64,000 nt of DNA from NCBI GenBank assembly GCA_041641305.1, contig JBEPYN010000001.1:672001-736000 (forward strand), read 5' to 3'. The stretch comes from Nitrososphaerota archaeon. GTDB lineage: Archaea; Thermoproteota; Nitrososphaeria_A; Caldarchaeales; Caldarchaeaceae. The number at the start of each line of letters is the position of its first letter. Within the stretch, counting starts at the first letter, position 1. The notes below the pieces were generated by a model. The model ran no database searches, had not been told where the DNA came from, and saw nothing but the letters and a program-made list of their open reading frames with translations. This document shows positions 49,000-58,636 of this stretch, in pieces. Both the position numbers and the translations under genes were made by a program.

Positions 49000-49332
49000 T
49001 TGCTTGTACGGGAGGTGTGGAGGTTAACCGGGTCAGGCTTTATGTTGGGATTGCAGGCTTCTCGGTTGTGGCTGGGTGTGTTTTCACGGCAACAAGTCAT
49101 TGGATGGCACCCAGCTTACTCTGCAGGCGAGCATCTGGGTATCGCATTTAACTGGGGGCTGTGGTTTATGGGTGGGCCGTTGACCGTCTATGTAGTGAGG
49201 AGGCCATGGTCGCCTTTCGCCGGAGAGACGGCGGGTGCGATCGTAGAGCTGAAGCTAAGACCTTTCTCTACTATTCCGGTCCAGCTCCTTGAACGTCAAT
49301 TGATTAAGGGTTTCAGCGCAGCCAAAGCTTAA
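49000..49332 (+). pseudogene. Fragment of an ECF transporter S-component (YkoE-like)
   Basis: GLWFMGGPL..YVVRRP...FAGETAGAIVEL resembles the YkoE-type motif, but the ORF is too short and lacks the remaining TM helices. Confidence 0.5.
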
Positions 49333-49366
49333 AAACGGCGCGGCAGAATATTATCCGTGGTGAGCT

Positions 49367-49783
49367 ATGCCTGTAACGCTTCGTGTGAAGGATGTGATGG
49401 ATAGGAAGGTTGTGGAGATTGATGAGAACGCGACTGTGGCTGATGCTGTGAAGGCGATGCTTGACAACGAGGTTTGGTCGCTTGTGGTGACGCGGCAGAA
49501 GCTTCCCATAGGTGTTGTGACAGAGCGGGATATCATCAGGAGATGCATAGGCAAAGGCCGCCCCATGACGATAAAAGTAGGAGAAATAATGTCCACGCCA
49601 ATAGAAACCATCTCGCCGGAGGCCTCGCTCGGAGAGGCCATGGCCAAACTCGTGGAGAAGAACATCCGCAGACTCTTCGTGATTGAAAACGGGAAGATAA
49701 TTGGCAGGGTTACGCAGACCGAGCTTTTCGAAAACACGTTGAACGTGATGATGGCGTTGTCGGCGCTCAAGTCACAGCTTTGA
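49367..49783 (+). CDS. CBS-domain protein
   Basis: VKDVM, GVVTERD, IRRL.V..GRVT. Confidence 0.9.
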   Translation: MPVTLRVKDVMDRKVVEIDENATVADAVKAMLDNEVWSLVVTRQKLPIGVVTERDIIRRCIGKGRPMTIKVGEIMSTPIETISPEASLGEAMAKLVEKNIRRLFVIENGKIIGRVTQTELFENTLNVMMALSALKSQL

Positions 49784-50160
49784 AGCTGTCAGCAACCGTA
49801 ACAGCCCCACTATACTCCACAGAAGACGAGGAAAAAGTAGCGAAAGCCCTCCTCAACATTTTTCCAAAAGCCACCCTCGTCCAAACAAGTGATGGAAAAA
49901 TCGTTGCACGGATAAGCGGGTTGGAGGGTTTTGAGAAGCTTCGGATGATTATCCGGACGCGCCGCATCAGGAAAACGGTGAGAGCTCTTCTCAACAAGGG
50001 CCTGCGAGACAACACGGTAACGTTTTATCTAAACAAGCAGGCCGCCTCCGTCGGCAAGGTCTCGTTTTTTGAAGAGGGCGAGGTGATGGCTCTCGGGCCG
50101 ATAACCGTGGTCGTCGAAACAGATGAGCCGGCGAGATTTATCGAGTGGCTGACCGAATAA
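49780..50160 (+). CDS. DUF54 family RNA-binding protein
   Basis: TEDEEKVAKALLNIF, LNKQAA..GKVSF, LGPI, FIEWL. Confidence 0.85.
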   Translation: MKLSATVTAPLYSTEDEEKVAKALLNIFPKATLVQTSDGKIVARISGLEGFEKLRMIIRTRRIRKTVRALLNKGLRDNTVTFYLNKQAASVGKVSFFEEGEVMALGPITVVVETDEPARFIEWLTE

Positions 50161-50161
50161 G

Positions 50162-51076
50162 CTATCTCAGCGGAACAAGGTATGTTTCAAAATCTTCCGC
50201 GACATAGGATTCGGGGAAAAATGCTCTGGCCTCGATGAGGAGTTTTTCGGGGTCTTCGTAGCGTGGGCTTATGTGGAAGAGGTAGAGACGCTTGACAGAA
50301 GCTTGGGCGGCTGTCTTGGCCGCGTCCTCGGCGGTTGAGTGGCCCTGCTCCAAAGCTTTTTCGCGGAGGGAGCTGTCGAATGTCGCATCATGTATGAGGA
50401 CGTCGGCGTTCTGGGATGCTTTCACCACTTCTTCACAGGGCCTTGTGTCGCCTGTGTAGACGATTTTTCTCCCAGGCCTCGGCGGCCCTAGTGCCTCCTC
50501 GGGTGTTATCACCCTTCCACCATACTCTACTGCATCGCCTCTCTGAAGCCGGCCCCAGAGCGGGCCCCTAGGCACCCCGAGGCTCTCGAGAAACTCGACC
50601 CTCATTTTGCCTAGACGGTCGTCCTCCTTGACAACGTATCCGAGGGAGTTTGTTGTGTGGTCTGTTTTGAAGGATGTGACTGTGACTGTGTCTATCCGGA
50701 TTGTGTCGCCTGGGGATAGCTCGTGGACGTTGATGGCGAAGTTTAGGGTGCCGAGGTGTGGGAGTGTGAGGGATTTGATGAGTGTGGCGGTGTTTTTGGG
50801 CCCGTAGATGTTTACCTCTTTTTCGCGGCCGTTCATCGAGAGGGTGAAGAGGAGGCCGGGGACGCCGAGGACATGGTCGCCGTGTAGATGTGTGAGGAAG
50901 ATGTGGAAGCCGGGTTTGACGCCCAGGCCTGAGGTGATGAATTGACGCTGGGTGCCTTCTCCGCAGTCCATCAGCAGGATTGATTTGCTCATGCGGATGG
51001 CCACCGACGGCATCCCTCTTCTCCGAGTGGGCATGCCGCCGCTTGTCCCGAGAAAAACCAGCCTCATCTCAGTCAA
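50162..51076 (-). CDS. rnz: Ribonuclease Z
   Basis: FLGTSGGMPT..R, DCGEGTQ, THLHGDH, GP exosite, YTGDT, HDATF, GHST, HISPRY. Confidence 0.95.
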   Translation of the reverse strand: MTEMRLVFLGTSGGMPTRRRGMPSVAIRMSKSILLMDCGEGTQRQFITSGLGVKPGFHIFLTHLHGDHVLGVPGLLFTLSMNGREKEVNIYGPKNTATLIKSLTLPHLGTLNFAINVHELSPGDTIRIDTVTVTSFKTDHTTNSLGYVVKEDDRLGKMRVEFLESLGVPRGPLWGRLQRGDAVEYGGRVITPEEALGPPRPGRKIVYTGDTRPCEEVVKASQNADVLIHDATFDSSLREKALEQGHSTAEDAAKTAAQASVKRLYLFHISPRYEDPEKLLIEARAFFPESYVAEDFETYLVPLR

Positions 51077-52085
51077 GCTTCATCACCACAACACGGCGGG
51101 TCAAACTCCTGTGAACGTAGAGGTCATGGTGCTCGAGCTCCCGGAAGCCTGTGAAGGCGTCGACGAGGTCGGGGTAGGCTGTGTGGGGGACGGTGACGGC
51201 GAGGCGGGCGCCATCTGTCAAGACGTTGACCACTTCTTCTCCAAAAGCTTTCAGCAGATTTTTGAAAGAAACGCCTCCGAGTGTCGCAGACCTTCCATAA
51301 GGCGGGTCGGTCGCCACCGCGTCGAAAAACCTTCTAAGCGGTAGACGACGGGCGTCGCCTTGAACCGCGTGGCCGAAGCCAACCCCGTATGATTGCATGT
51401 TTCTCCACATACCGTTGCAAACCCATGTCTTAACCTCGACACCGAGACAAACGTGTCCGAGGAGGCCGGCCTCTATGACGAGGGCTCCCGAGCCGGCGAA
51501 AGGGTCCAGAACCCATGAGCCGCGGCTGTTGACTGCGAGGTTGACGAGGCAGCGTGCGAGTTTCGGCTGCATCGCCGAGGGGACGCGGAAGGGTCTGCGG
51601 CCCGCTTTTCTCTCATCGAAAAAGTGCTTGGGCTTCTCTGCGATAAGCATTCCGACGAAGCAGTTGCTCATGGTGACGACCGCGACGAACGTTGCCTCGG
51701 GTGTGCTCAGGTCGACCCTCAGCCCGGGAGCCTGCGCCATTATAGCTGCGGCCAGCTTCTTCTCTACATCGACAGAGTTCACATCCACTCCACCCACTTC
51801 ATAGACCATGACGTCGAAGCTCCGCCTACCGTCGACAGCCTCGGCCAGCTTCTCGGAAAAGACGACATCCATGTAGTTCCTTCCCACACCCAGCCAAACA
51901 GCCGCCAGCTTCGTGTAAGCCGCTCGATACACAATCTCCGCGGCCAATCCATCGTCGACCTCCGCAGCCGCCACCCTCTCATCAACTCTCTCAGCATCGA
52001 CGCCGCCGAGAATTTTCACCAAGTGGCGTAGCTCCGAGTATGAGAGGGCGGGGTTTTCACCCGATAGGAGGAAGAAAACCGCCAA
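51069..52085 (-). CDS. trm11: tRNA (guanine-10-N2)-methyltransferase (THUMP + Trm11)
   Basis: LLSGENP.L..SE, PKLARCLVNL, LDPFAGSG, ATDPPYGRS, VHRSLTR. Confidence 0.88.
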   Translation of the reverse strand: MAVFFLLSGENPALSYSELRHLVKILGGVDAERVDERVAAAEVDDGLAAEIVYRAAYTKLAAVWLGVGRNYMDVVFSEKLAEAVDGRRSFDVMVYEVGGVDVNSVDVEKKLAAAIMAQAPGLRVDLSTPEATFVAVVTMSNCFVGMLIAEKPKHFFDERKAGRRPFRVPSAMQPKLARCLVNLAVNSRGSWVLDPFAGSGALVIEAGLLGHVCLGVEVKTWVCNGMWRNMQSYGVGFGHAVQGDARRLPLRRFFDAVATDPPYGRSATLGGVSFKNLLKAFGEEVVNVLTDGARLAVTVPHTAYPDLVDAFTGFRELEHHDLYVHRSLTRRVVVMKLD

Positions 52086-52093
52086 GCCTGTCT

Positions 52094-52984
52094 TCAGCTT
52101 AGATGCGAGGCGATTAACCCAGCCACCGACGCATATCCATAGGGGTTCGGCACCGTGTCCGTGGTGAAAATCAAGTCAGCCCCCGCCGATGTTATCTTCT
52201 CGGCAGCCGAGCCGATGAACAATCCATGAACAGCGGCGACAATAATCTTCGACGGGTTGTATGTCTTCAGCTTCTGGATTGTTTTGGCAACGGTCGTCCC
52301 CGTGCTTATGATGTCGTCAACCACCACCACTTGCCGCCCCTCATCTATCTTTTCCACCGTGACCTCTACTTCGCCTGTCTCAGGGCTGCGCATGGTTTTG
52401 ACTGTGGCGTAATCTGTTTCGATGACCGAGGCGACGGCAGCGGCCATCTCGGAGCCTTTTTTACCCGGTGAAAGGATGAGCGGCTTCTCCACACCCGCCT
52501 GTATGATGTAGGATGCGAGAAGACCTGATGCATCGATGTTGGTCAGCTTCACCGGCGACTGCTCCGCTGTCCACGGGGAATGTATGTTTACGGTTATGAC
52601 CTCGTCCGCTCCCGCGGCCTTGAGCGCTTTTAGCAGGGCTTGGATGCTGACCGGCTCCCCTTCGAGAAACACCCTATCCTGTCTCGCATAAGCCATGTAG
52701 GGGATGACTGTTTTCACCGACTTCGCTCCCATGCGTGTAGCCGCGTCCACGAGAAGAAGGAGCTTGACAAAGTTGACATCCTGCGGCGGATGCATACCCT
52801 GGACAACAACCACATCCTCTCCACGCACATCACCCGCTAACCTGACATAGGATTCGCCGTCGGGGAAAACCTTCTCAAAAACATCGACAGCCTCGACATT
52901 CATGTATCTCGCCACTTTCTCAGCCAACTGAGCAGAGGAGGGGCCCTTCACAACCTTCAAGCCAAAAACCTCTATCGGATGCAT
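52094..52984 (-). CDS. prs: Ribose-phosphate pyrophosphokinase
   Basis: FPDGESYVR, PYMAYARQD, VVVDDIISTGTT. Confidence 0.95.
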   Translation of the reverse strand: MHPIEVFGLKVVKGPSSAQLAEKVARYMNVEAVDVFEKVFPDGESYVRLAGDVRGEDVVVVQGMHPPQDVNFVKLLLLVDAATRMGAKSVKTVIPYMAYARQDRVFLEGEPVSIQALLKALKAAGADEVITVNIHSPWTAEQSPVKLTNIDASGLLASYIIQAGVEKPLILSPGKKGSEMAAAVASVIETDYATVKTMRSPETGEVEVTVEKIDEGRQVVVVDDIISTGTTVAKTIQKLKTYNPSKIIVAAVHGLFIGSAAEKITSAGADLIFTTDTVPNPYGYASVAGLIASHLS

Positions 52985-53010
52985 AACTTAATGTTTGCGT
53001 GTTTTTGGAT

Positions 53011-53026
53011 AACGCTTATATGCGTT
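53011..53026 (+). promoter_or_regulatory. TATA box embedded in an inverted repeat
   Basis: AACGC-TTATAT-GCGTT, about 25 nt upstream of ATG 53045. Confidence 0.45.
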
Positions 53027-53044
53027 TTCGGCGGCTTGTATGGC

Positions 53045-53194
53045 ATGGAGAAGAAGCTGGAGCAGGTGGAGATTCCTGAGCCGAGCCTGCCGGTTTGTGA
53101 GGCAATCCTGATGCCCGTCTCCGACGAATACACCTACATCCACCACAACTCTATCCAGATAGGTGTCTTCAAGTACATCGAGAAGGCTCCATAG
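53045..53194 (+). CDS. Small hypothetical protein (49 aa)
   Basis: MEKKLEQVEIPEPSLPVCEAILMPVSDEYTYIHHNSIQIGVFKYIEKAP; TATA at leaderless spacing; its stop abuts the next ATG. Confidence 0.6.
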   Translation: MEKKLEQVEIPEPSLPVCEAILMPVSDEYTYIHHNSIQIGVFKYIEKAP

Positions 53195-53926
53195 ATGAGC
53201 TACGGCTACGACGAGTTCGAGTCCAAGCTCGGCCAGTTCATCTACACTATGGTGATGTATGAAAGGCTCCGCGACTATCTACTGGATAAGCTGAAGGGGA
53301 AAGACCGTGTCTCGGTCAGGATAAACCTTGGAAGCGATAGGTCGGGCAACCAAGTGGTTATGGATGTTGTGCTCACTACTGTCCGGCCTCAGCTCCTAGG
53401 AGAGGTCAAGCATGAGAAGCCTTCGCGGAAAACGCTTGTCATGGTTTTGGGGAATGAGAAGGTTGCGGGTGAGCGTGGTCAGATAGCCGCTGAGATGGAG
53501 AGGCTTGTGATGGAGAGTTTGAAGTGGTGGCATGGATATTTCGGTGACAAGGATAAGCTGATGCTTAACGAGTGGGTGGCTGAACGTGTTGAGGTTTTGG
53601 ACGCGCCGGTGGTCGGAACAGTTGTAGAGGTTCCTGTGAGACAGGTCATATACCAGCCGACGGCCACCTTACCCATGAGCGAAGAAGAGATCGAGACTTT
53701 GACACAGTTCGCCGAAATCCTCGGCCCCGTCCTGGTCAGGCCTCTGGACAACGGCTTCTTCGAGCTCGTCGCCGGCCACAGAGTTTTCGATGTCTTGGTC
53801 AACAGGCTGGGCTACGAGAACGTGAAAGCCCTTGTCCTCGACGTCGACGATGCAGCCGCCTCAAGCATGCGTTCGGAATATGAGGAGAAGGTTGAAAAAC
53901 TCGTCAAAACGGTCTTGAACAGATAA
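53195..53926 (+). CDS. Protein with unknown N-terminal domain and C-terminal ParB/sulfiredoxin-like domain
   Basis: PVLVRP....FELVAGHRV...LGYENVKALV corresponds to ParB boxes I/II, with a degenerate GxRR motif. Confidence 0.7.
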   Translation: MSYGYDEFESKLGQFIYTMVMYERLRDYLLDKLKGKDRVSVRINLGSDRSGNQVVMDVVLTTVRPQLLGEVKHEKPSRKTLVMVLGNEKVAGERGQIAAEMERLVMESLKWWHGYFGDKDKLMLNEWVAERVEVLDAPVVGTVVEVPVRQVIYQPTATLPMSEEEIETLTQFAEILGPVLVRPLDNGFFELVAGHRVFDVLVNRLGYENVKALVLDVDDAAASSMRSEYEEKVEKLVKTVLNR

Positions 53927-53929
53927 GCC

Positions 53930-54421
53930 GTGTCACCGATTCTGCGGAAAATCCAGGGCATTTTCACGGAGGGGCCTCCAAACTTCTCCATGTTTACTGA
54001 AAACGTTGCAGCAAGCGGGTTGCCCAGCAGACGGAAACATATCAAGTTTCTCAGACGCATGGGAATAACCGCGATAATCAGCCTCACCGAGCAGCCTCTC
54101 CCACCGAAACTTCTCGAAAACATGGACATCAAATATTTCCACCATCCTCTCGCCGACCATCAGCCAGCAGACCCCACAAAAATCCTCGAAATAGTAAAGC
54201 ATCTCCAGAGGCTTGTCTCCTCGGGTGAGAAGGTGCTTGTCCACTGTCTCGCGGGGCTGGGGAGAACAGGGATGGTGTTGACTGCTTACACGATGCTTGA
54301 GAAAAACCTCGACTGGGGAACGGCTTTGGAGACTGTGCGGAGCATTCGTCCCGGCTCCGTGGAAAAGAATCAGGAAACATGTCTGAGAGAGTTTGAGAAG
54401 CTTGCTAAACTTGGCTCTTGA
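53930..54421 (+). CDS. Dual-specificity / protein-tyrosine phosphatase
   Basis: VHCLAGLGRTG (CX5R), PLADHQ acid loop, RPGSVE..Q. Confidence 0.92.
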   Translation: MSPILRKIQGIFTEGPPNFSMFTENVAASGLPSRRKHIKFLRRMGITAIISLTEQPLPPKLLENMDIKYFHHPLADHQPADPTKILEIVKHLQRLVSSGEKVLVHCLAGLGRTGMVLTAYTMLEKNLDWGTALETVRSIRPGSVEKNQETCLREFEKLAKLGS

Positions 54422-56612
54422 TGCTGGCCGCTATCCGAGGCCCTATGCTCGGTACACGGGCCAGCTCCTCTGCAGATGCCCGCCGCAAATCCTCTATGGT
54501 TCTGTAGCCTGCGTTGTAGAGGTTACGGGCCCTGACACGACCCACACCCTTCAGGGAAACGAGAGGCAAAAGCTCGGGCCTCACACCGTGTTCAACTCTT
54601 TCAGACAATAGCTCAAACAAGTGAACCAAATCCATGTACCCCACAACCCGCATAAGCTGTGAAGCAGCGTAGGAGATCCAGCTAACCCTTTCACGGAGAA
54701 CCGCGAGGTCGCCGGGCTCGACACCCCAACGCTCATAGAGCTCACCCTCGCCAACCTCCTCAATCCAAGCATTCATCAACACGGCTGTCTTCACAGAGTC
54801 GAGGAACAATTCGTAGTCGTCGGGGTTTTCAACGGGGTCCGGGATGTGGAAAAACTGTTCACGGTTCTCTTCAACGAATCTCTCAAGCCTCGCAGCCTCG
54901 GTTCTGCGCATAGGCACGCTCGGCACCTCGGAGGTGTTGCACACAACCTGCAGCAGGCTCAGCTCCGTCATCAGCCGAGGCCTGTTCTCACATGTCCTGA
55001 TTATTGCGAGAGCTGTCAACGGGTCTATGTAGAGCTCGGCGACACGTTTACCCAGCCGTGTAGCCTCCAAGCCATCGACCGCGTCAACAAACCCATGCCG
55101 CGCGAGAAAATCTACAACACCTGTCAGCGATTTGCGGAGTAGGGCTGAGCCAAACTGGTGGCAGAGAAAAGTCGACTCAAAGAATTTGACGAGGCCGTCG
55201 AAGGATTTGACAGGCTCGGAGGCTATGACCGCTAGTGTCTGTATTCTGAGGTGGCGCTCTCCTCCCAGCCTCGACCACACTCTCTCAGGCCTCCCCTTGA
55301 TGTATTTCTCCATGATGAGCTCAAGCTCCTCCTCGCTTCTCGCAACCGTCACCGCCTCGCCCTCGGTGTCGAACCCCGGCCGCCCAGCTCGTCCGCAAAA
55401 CTGTTTATACTCGGTGACGGAGATGCTTCTGAGTCCTTCGCCTACCTCGTATCTGCGCAGCTCAGGGATTATGACGACTCGTGCGGGGAGGTTTACTCCA
55501 GCGGCCAAGGTGGGTGTGGCGGCGAGAACCTTGAGAACCCTGTTTCTGAAAGCTTTCTCCACATACCTTCGGTGGATGGCGCCGAGGCCTGCGTGGTGGA
55601 AACAGGCGCCCTGACGCATGAGTGCCGCAACCCTCTCGGTGAAAGACGACGCCTCAGCGGACAACAATAGCTCATCAGCCAAGCCGTTCAGCTTATCGCG
55701 CTCATCATCCGTGACCAGCATCTCCCGGGAAAGAGCCGCCGCAGCCTTCTCAGCATATTGTTCAGCCCGTTTACGGGTGTTCGCGAACACGATGACCTGT
55801 CCACCATCCTGCACAACCTCAAGCATCAGTGAGATGACGGGGTTGTAGTCGAGCTCCCTCACCTTCCGCCGAGACCTGTCGCTGTAACGTATCTCGCCAT
55901 CATAGTAAACACCCTCCCTAAGAGGCACAGGTCTCCAGTCGAGGCTTATGAGCTCTGCGCCAAGCCACTCAGCTATCTCATCGGCGTTGGGTGCCGTCGC
56001 GCTTAGTGCGAGAAGCTGGGCTCGTGGGTTTCTGTTGCGGAGACGTGTGAGCGTCATCTCGAGTGTGGGTCCCCTGTCTATGTCTCCGAGCATGTGAACC
56101 TCGTCGGCTACGAGGAGGGATACGCTGTCTATCCATGGGGCTCCATGTCTCAGCAGGCTGTCGGCCTTCTCGTTGGTTGTTATGATGACGTCGTAGTTGG
56201 CGAGCCATGGGTCGGCGGAGTCATAGTCACCTGTGCTGGCGACTACTTTGAACTCGTCTCCGAGAAAATCTGTAAATTCCTGCAGCTTCTCTGCCGCGAG
56301 GGCCCTGAGTGGTGTGAGGTAGAGGACTTTGCCGCCGTGTGCTACATGGTTGTAGGCAGCCATCATCGCTATCAGGGTCTTGCCCGAAGCAGTCGGCGTC
56401 GCAACCATCAGATGCCTCCCATCTAGCAACCCTTTCGACAAGGCGAGCGACTGAGGCGGATAGAAACTGGTTATCCCTATTCTTTCAAGGGCGCGGCGAA
56501 TGTGTGGAGGCGCGTCGGCGGATGAGCGGTAACCTGTCATCTTCCCATCGGTCTCTGCCCCATCTATATACACATAGCCCTCCTTTCCCGATGTGCTGCG
56601 GGTTTTCCTCAT
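54405..56612 (-). CDS. hel308: Ski2-like DNA helicase Hel308
   Basis: PTASGKT, DEVH, LSAT, HHAGL, TPTLAAGVNLPA, QFCGRAGRPG, C-terminal HhH GVGRVRAR. Confidence 0.93.
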   Translation of the reverse strand: MRKTRSTSGKEGYVYIDGAETDGKMTGYRSSADAPPHIRRALERIGITSFYPPQSLALSKGLLDGRHLMVATPTASGKTLIAMMAAYNHVAHGGKVLYLTPLRALAAEKLQEFTDFLGDEFKVVASTGDYDSADPWLANYDVIITTNEKADSLLRHGAPWIDSVSLLVADEVHMLGDIDRGPTLEMTLTRLRNRNPRAQLLALSATAPNADEIAEWLGAELISLDWRPVPLREGVYYDGEIRYSDRSRRKVRELDYNPVISLMLEVVQDGGQVIVFANTRKRAEQYAEKAAAALSREMLVTDDERDKLNGLADELLLSAEASSFTERVAALMRQGACFHHAGLGAIHRRYVEKAFRNRVLKVLAATPTLAAGVNLPARVVIIPELRRYEVGEGLRSISVTEYKQFCGRAGRPGFDTEGEAVTVARSEEELELIMEKYIKGRPERVWSRLGGERHLRIQTLAVIASEPVKSFDGLVKFFESTFLCHQFGSALLRKSLTGVVDFLARHGFVDAVDGLEATRLGKRVAELYIDPLTALAIIRTCENRPRLMTELSLLQVVCNTSEVPSVPMRRTEAARLERFVEENREQFFHIPDPVENPDDYELFLDSVKTAVLMNAWIEEVGEGELYERWGVEPGDLAVLRERVSWISYAASQLMRVVGYMDLVHLFELLSERVEHGVRPELLPLVSLKGVGRVRARNLYNAGYRTIEDLRRASAEELARVPSIGPRIAASIKSQV

Positions 56613-58636
56613 GTGACCTTGTATGCGCCGGTGCGGGGCATGAATATCCTGCCGTCGGTGATTAGGCGGGTCAGCAGCTTCGTTATCTCTTCATCGGACA
56701 ACCCTTCTTGAAGAAGGGCGGTTCGCAGCTCCTGCTCAGCCGCGTAGCCGCTCTGCTCCTCAAACTTCTTTATGGTGTCGATGACGAGCTTCATCTTCTC
56801 CCTCACACTCTTCGGCTTGCCTGTCATGATGGTGTCGATGTCGGGCGCTCCGCTCTCTATGTCCACGCCCACCTCCTGCAGACTCTTCCTCATCAAGAGA
56901 ATCGACGCGGCAGCGTCCTCTTCATCAGCCACATTCCTGAGACGAGCACGTGCATGGGCCTCCGTCAACCTTATCAGCGACTCGAACTGGCGCGCCGTTA
57001 TGCTGACCGTCGCCGTCTTCTCATACATCGCCCTCATCTTCAGGTAAAAGTCCTCAAGCTGTTTGAGTGCCTTCGGCGAAATCACTGGCTCAATCCTCTT
57101 GGCGTATGCTATGTATTTTCTCAATACATCGGGGGCGATTGGCGGAGCTTTCTCCGGCTCACCTATCTGGTGAAGCGCGGAGATGTGTGAGGAGATTCTG
57201 CGGTCTATGTCGGGGTTTGGCTCATCCCGGAGAACGAAGATGAGGTCGAAGCGTGAGAGAACTGTTATTGGTAGGTTGACGTTTTCTATGAAGTTTTTGT
57301 ATGGGTCATATCTGCCGAGATAGGGGTTGGCGGCCGCGAGAACCGCTGTCCTAGCGTTCAAGGTGGCGACGATTCCGCCTTTTGCCACGCTCACCGTCTG
57401 CTGGGCCATCGCCTCGTGAATAGCCACCCTATCCTCATCCCTCATCTTATCAATCTCGTCTATACAGCATACACCCATGTCGGCCAAAACCATGGCACCG
57501 GCCTCAAGAACCATCCCACCCTCCTTCTCACGTATGACGGCGGCGGTCAACCCGGCCGCTGTGGAGCCTCGGCCCGATGTGTAGATACCTCTGGGCGCCA
57601 AGCCCGCCACATACTGGAGAAGCTGGCTCTTCCCTGTGCCTGGGTCGCCTACAAGCAGGACGTTGATGTCGCCTCTTACGCGGAGGCCGTCTGGGAAAAC
57701 CTTTGTCCTCCCACCTATCAGCAGAAGCAGGATGGATTTCTTGATGTGCTCGAGACCGTAAATCGACGGGGCCACAGATTCTGTAAGCTTGTTGATGATG
57801 AACGGGTCCTCCGCCATTTTCTTGAAAAGCCTTTCATCTTCGGGAGTGATTTGGACCGACTGAGGCTCCTTGCTCGCAGGCTCCATGCTGACCGCGTCCA
57901 GGTATATTCGGAATGTTTTGAGCGGCCCCTCTCCACCACGCTCCTGCACGGACTCGACCACTCCCACGGCTATGACCCTGTCACCTGGCCTCACAACATC
58001 AACCAAATCATCCCTGACGCGGACCTCGATGACGCGTGGAAGCTGTCCCGGCGGAAGGTCCTCAGGCTTCTCCTGCACACCCAACACCTGGTAATCCATG
58101 TAGCTGGACTCCTCGGGAACCAGCTCGAAGCTCGGCCTCTTGCTGCCCCTGCACGTCCTGTCCAAGCAGGCCTCGGGTGTCAAAAGCTTCTGAGAAACCT
58201 GCTCAACCTCCTGAAGGTTTCCGCAGTAGCGGCAGCGGAAAACACCAACCCTTAGCAGCGGCTTCACAGCAGTCGCCTTAGAAACCATGCCATCTATCAT
58301 CACCAGCTTACGGAGATGCTCTGACCTCACTTCACGAATAGCCGTAACTGTGGGAAGCGAGACAATCCGGGCAGTAAACCATTTAACCGCTGAAGCATAC
58401 TCAGGGTCCTCAATCTGCAGCTGCCGAAAACACGCCCTGTTCAAAACCTTGAGCAGAGTGTAGGGCTTGTCAACCAGCTCGCGGGCAAATTTCTCATCAA
58501 ACTTGATGAGGTCGTTGAAGTCGACAGGAATGCTGCGACGCTTCTTCACAGCCGCTTCTCGCAGCAGCTCCCTATACTTCTCAGACTTGAAGAAGTTTAC
58601 AAGCCTTTCTTCAAGAGGTTGCTCCGCCATCCCCAT
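56609..58636 (-). CDS. mcm: Replicative helicase MCM
   Basis: GDPGTGKSQ, IDEIDKM, SRFD arginine finger, TARQFESLIRL. No intein. Confidence 0.97.
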   Translation of the reverse strand: MGMAEQPLEERLVNFFKSEKYRELLREAAVKKRRSIPVDFNDLIKFDEKFARELVDKPYTLLKVLNRACFRQLQIEDPEYASAVKWFTARIVSLPTVTAIREVRSEHLRKLVMIDGMVSKATAVKPLLRVGVFRCRYCGNLQEVEQVSQKLLTPEACLDRTCRGSKRPSFELVPEESSYMDYQVLGVQEKPEDLPPGQLPRVIEVRVRDDLVDVVRPGDRVIAVGVVESVQERGGEGPLKTFRIYLDAVSMEPASKEPQSVQITPEDERLFKKMAEDPFIINKLTESVAPSIYGLEHIKKSILLLLIGGRTKVFPDGLRVRGDINVLLVGDPGTGKSQLLQYVAGLAPRGIYTSGRGSTAAGLTAAVIREKEGGMVLEAGAMVLADMGVCCIDEIDKMRDEDRVAIHEAMAQQTVSVAKGGIVATLNARTAVLAAANPYLGRYDPYKNFIENVNLPITVLSRFDLIFVLRDEPNPDIDRRISSHISALHQIGEPEKAPPIAPDVLRKYIAYAKRIEPVISPKALKQLEDFYLKMRAMYEKTATVSITARQFESLIRLTEAHARARLRNVADEEDAAASILLMRKSLQEVGVDIESGAPDIDTIMTGKPKSVREKMKLVIDTIKKFEEQSGYAAEQELRTALLQEGLSDEEITKLLTRLITDGRIFMPRTGAYKVT

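Noticed and set aside
48900-49010. TPP riboswitch upstream of the YkoE-like fragment
   Set aside because: The conserved riboswitch core (CTGAGA, AGCG..GG elements) was not found.
53192-53194. Pyrrolysine decoding of the in-frame TAG (and Sec decoding of TGA at 60259)
   Set aside because: No pyl or sel genes or SECIS-like element are in the window, and TAG and TGA are used as ordinary stops in many neighbouring genes.
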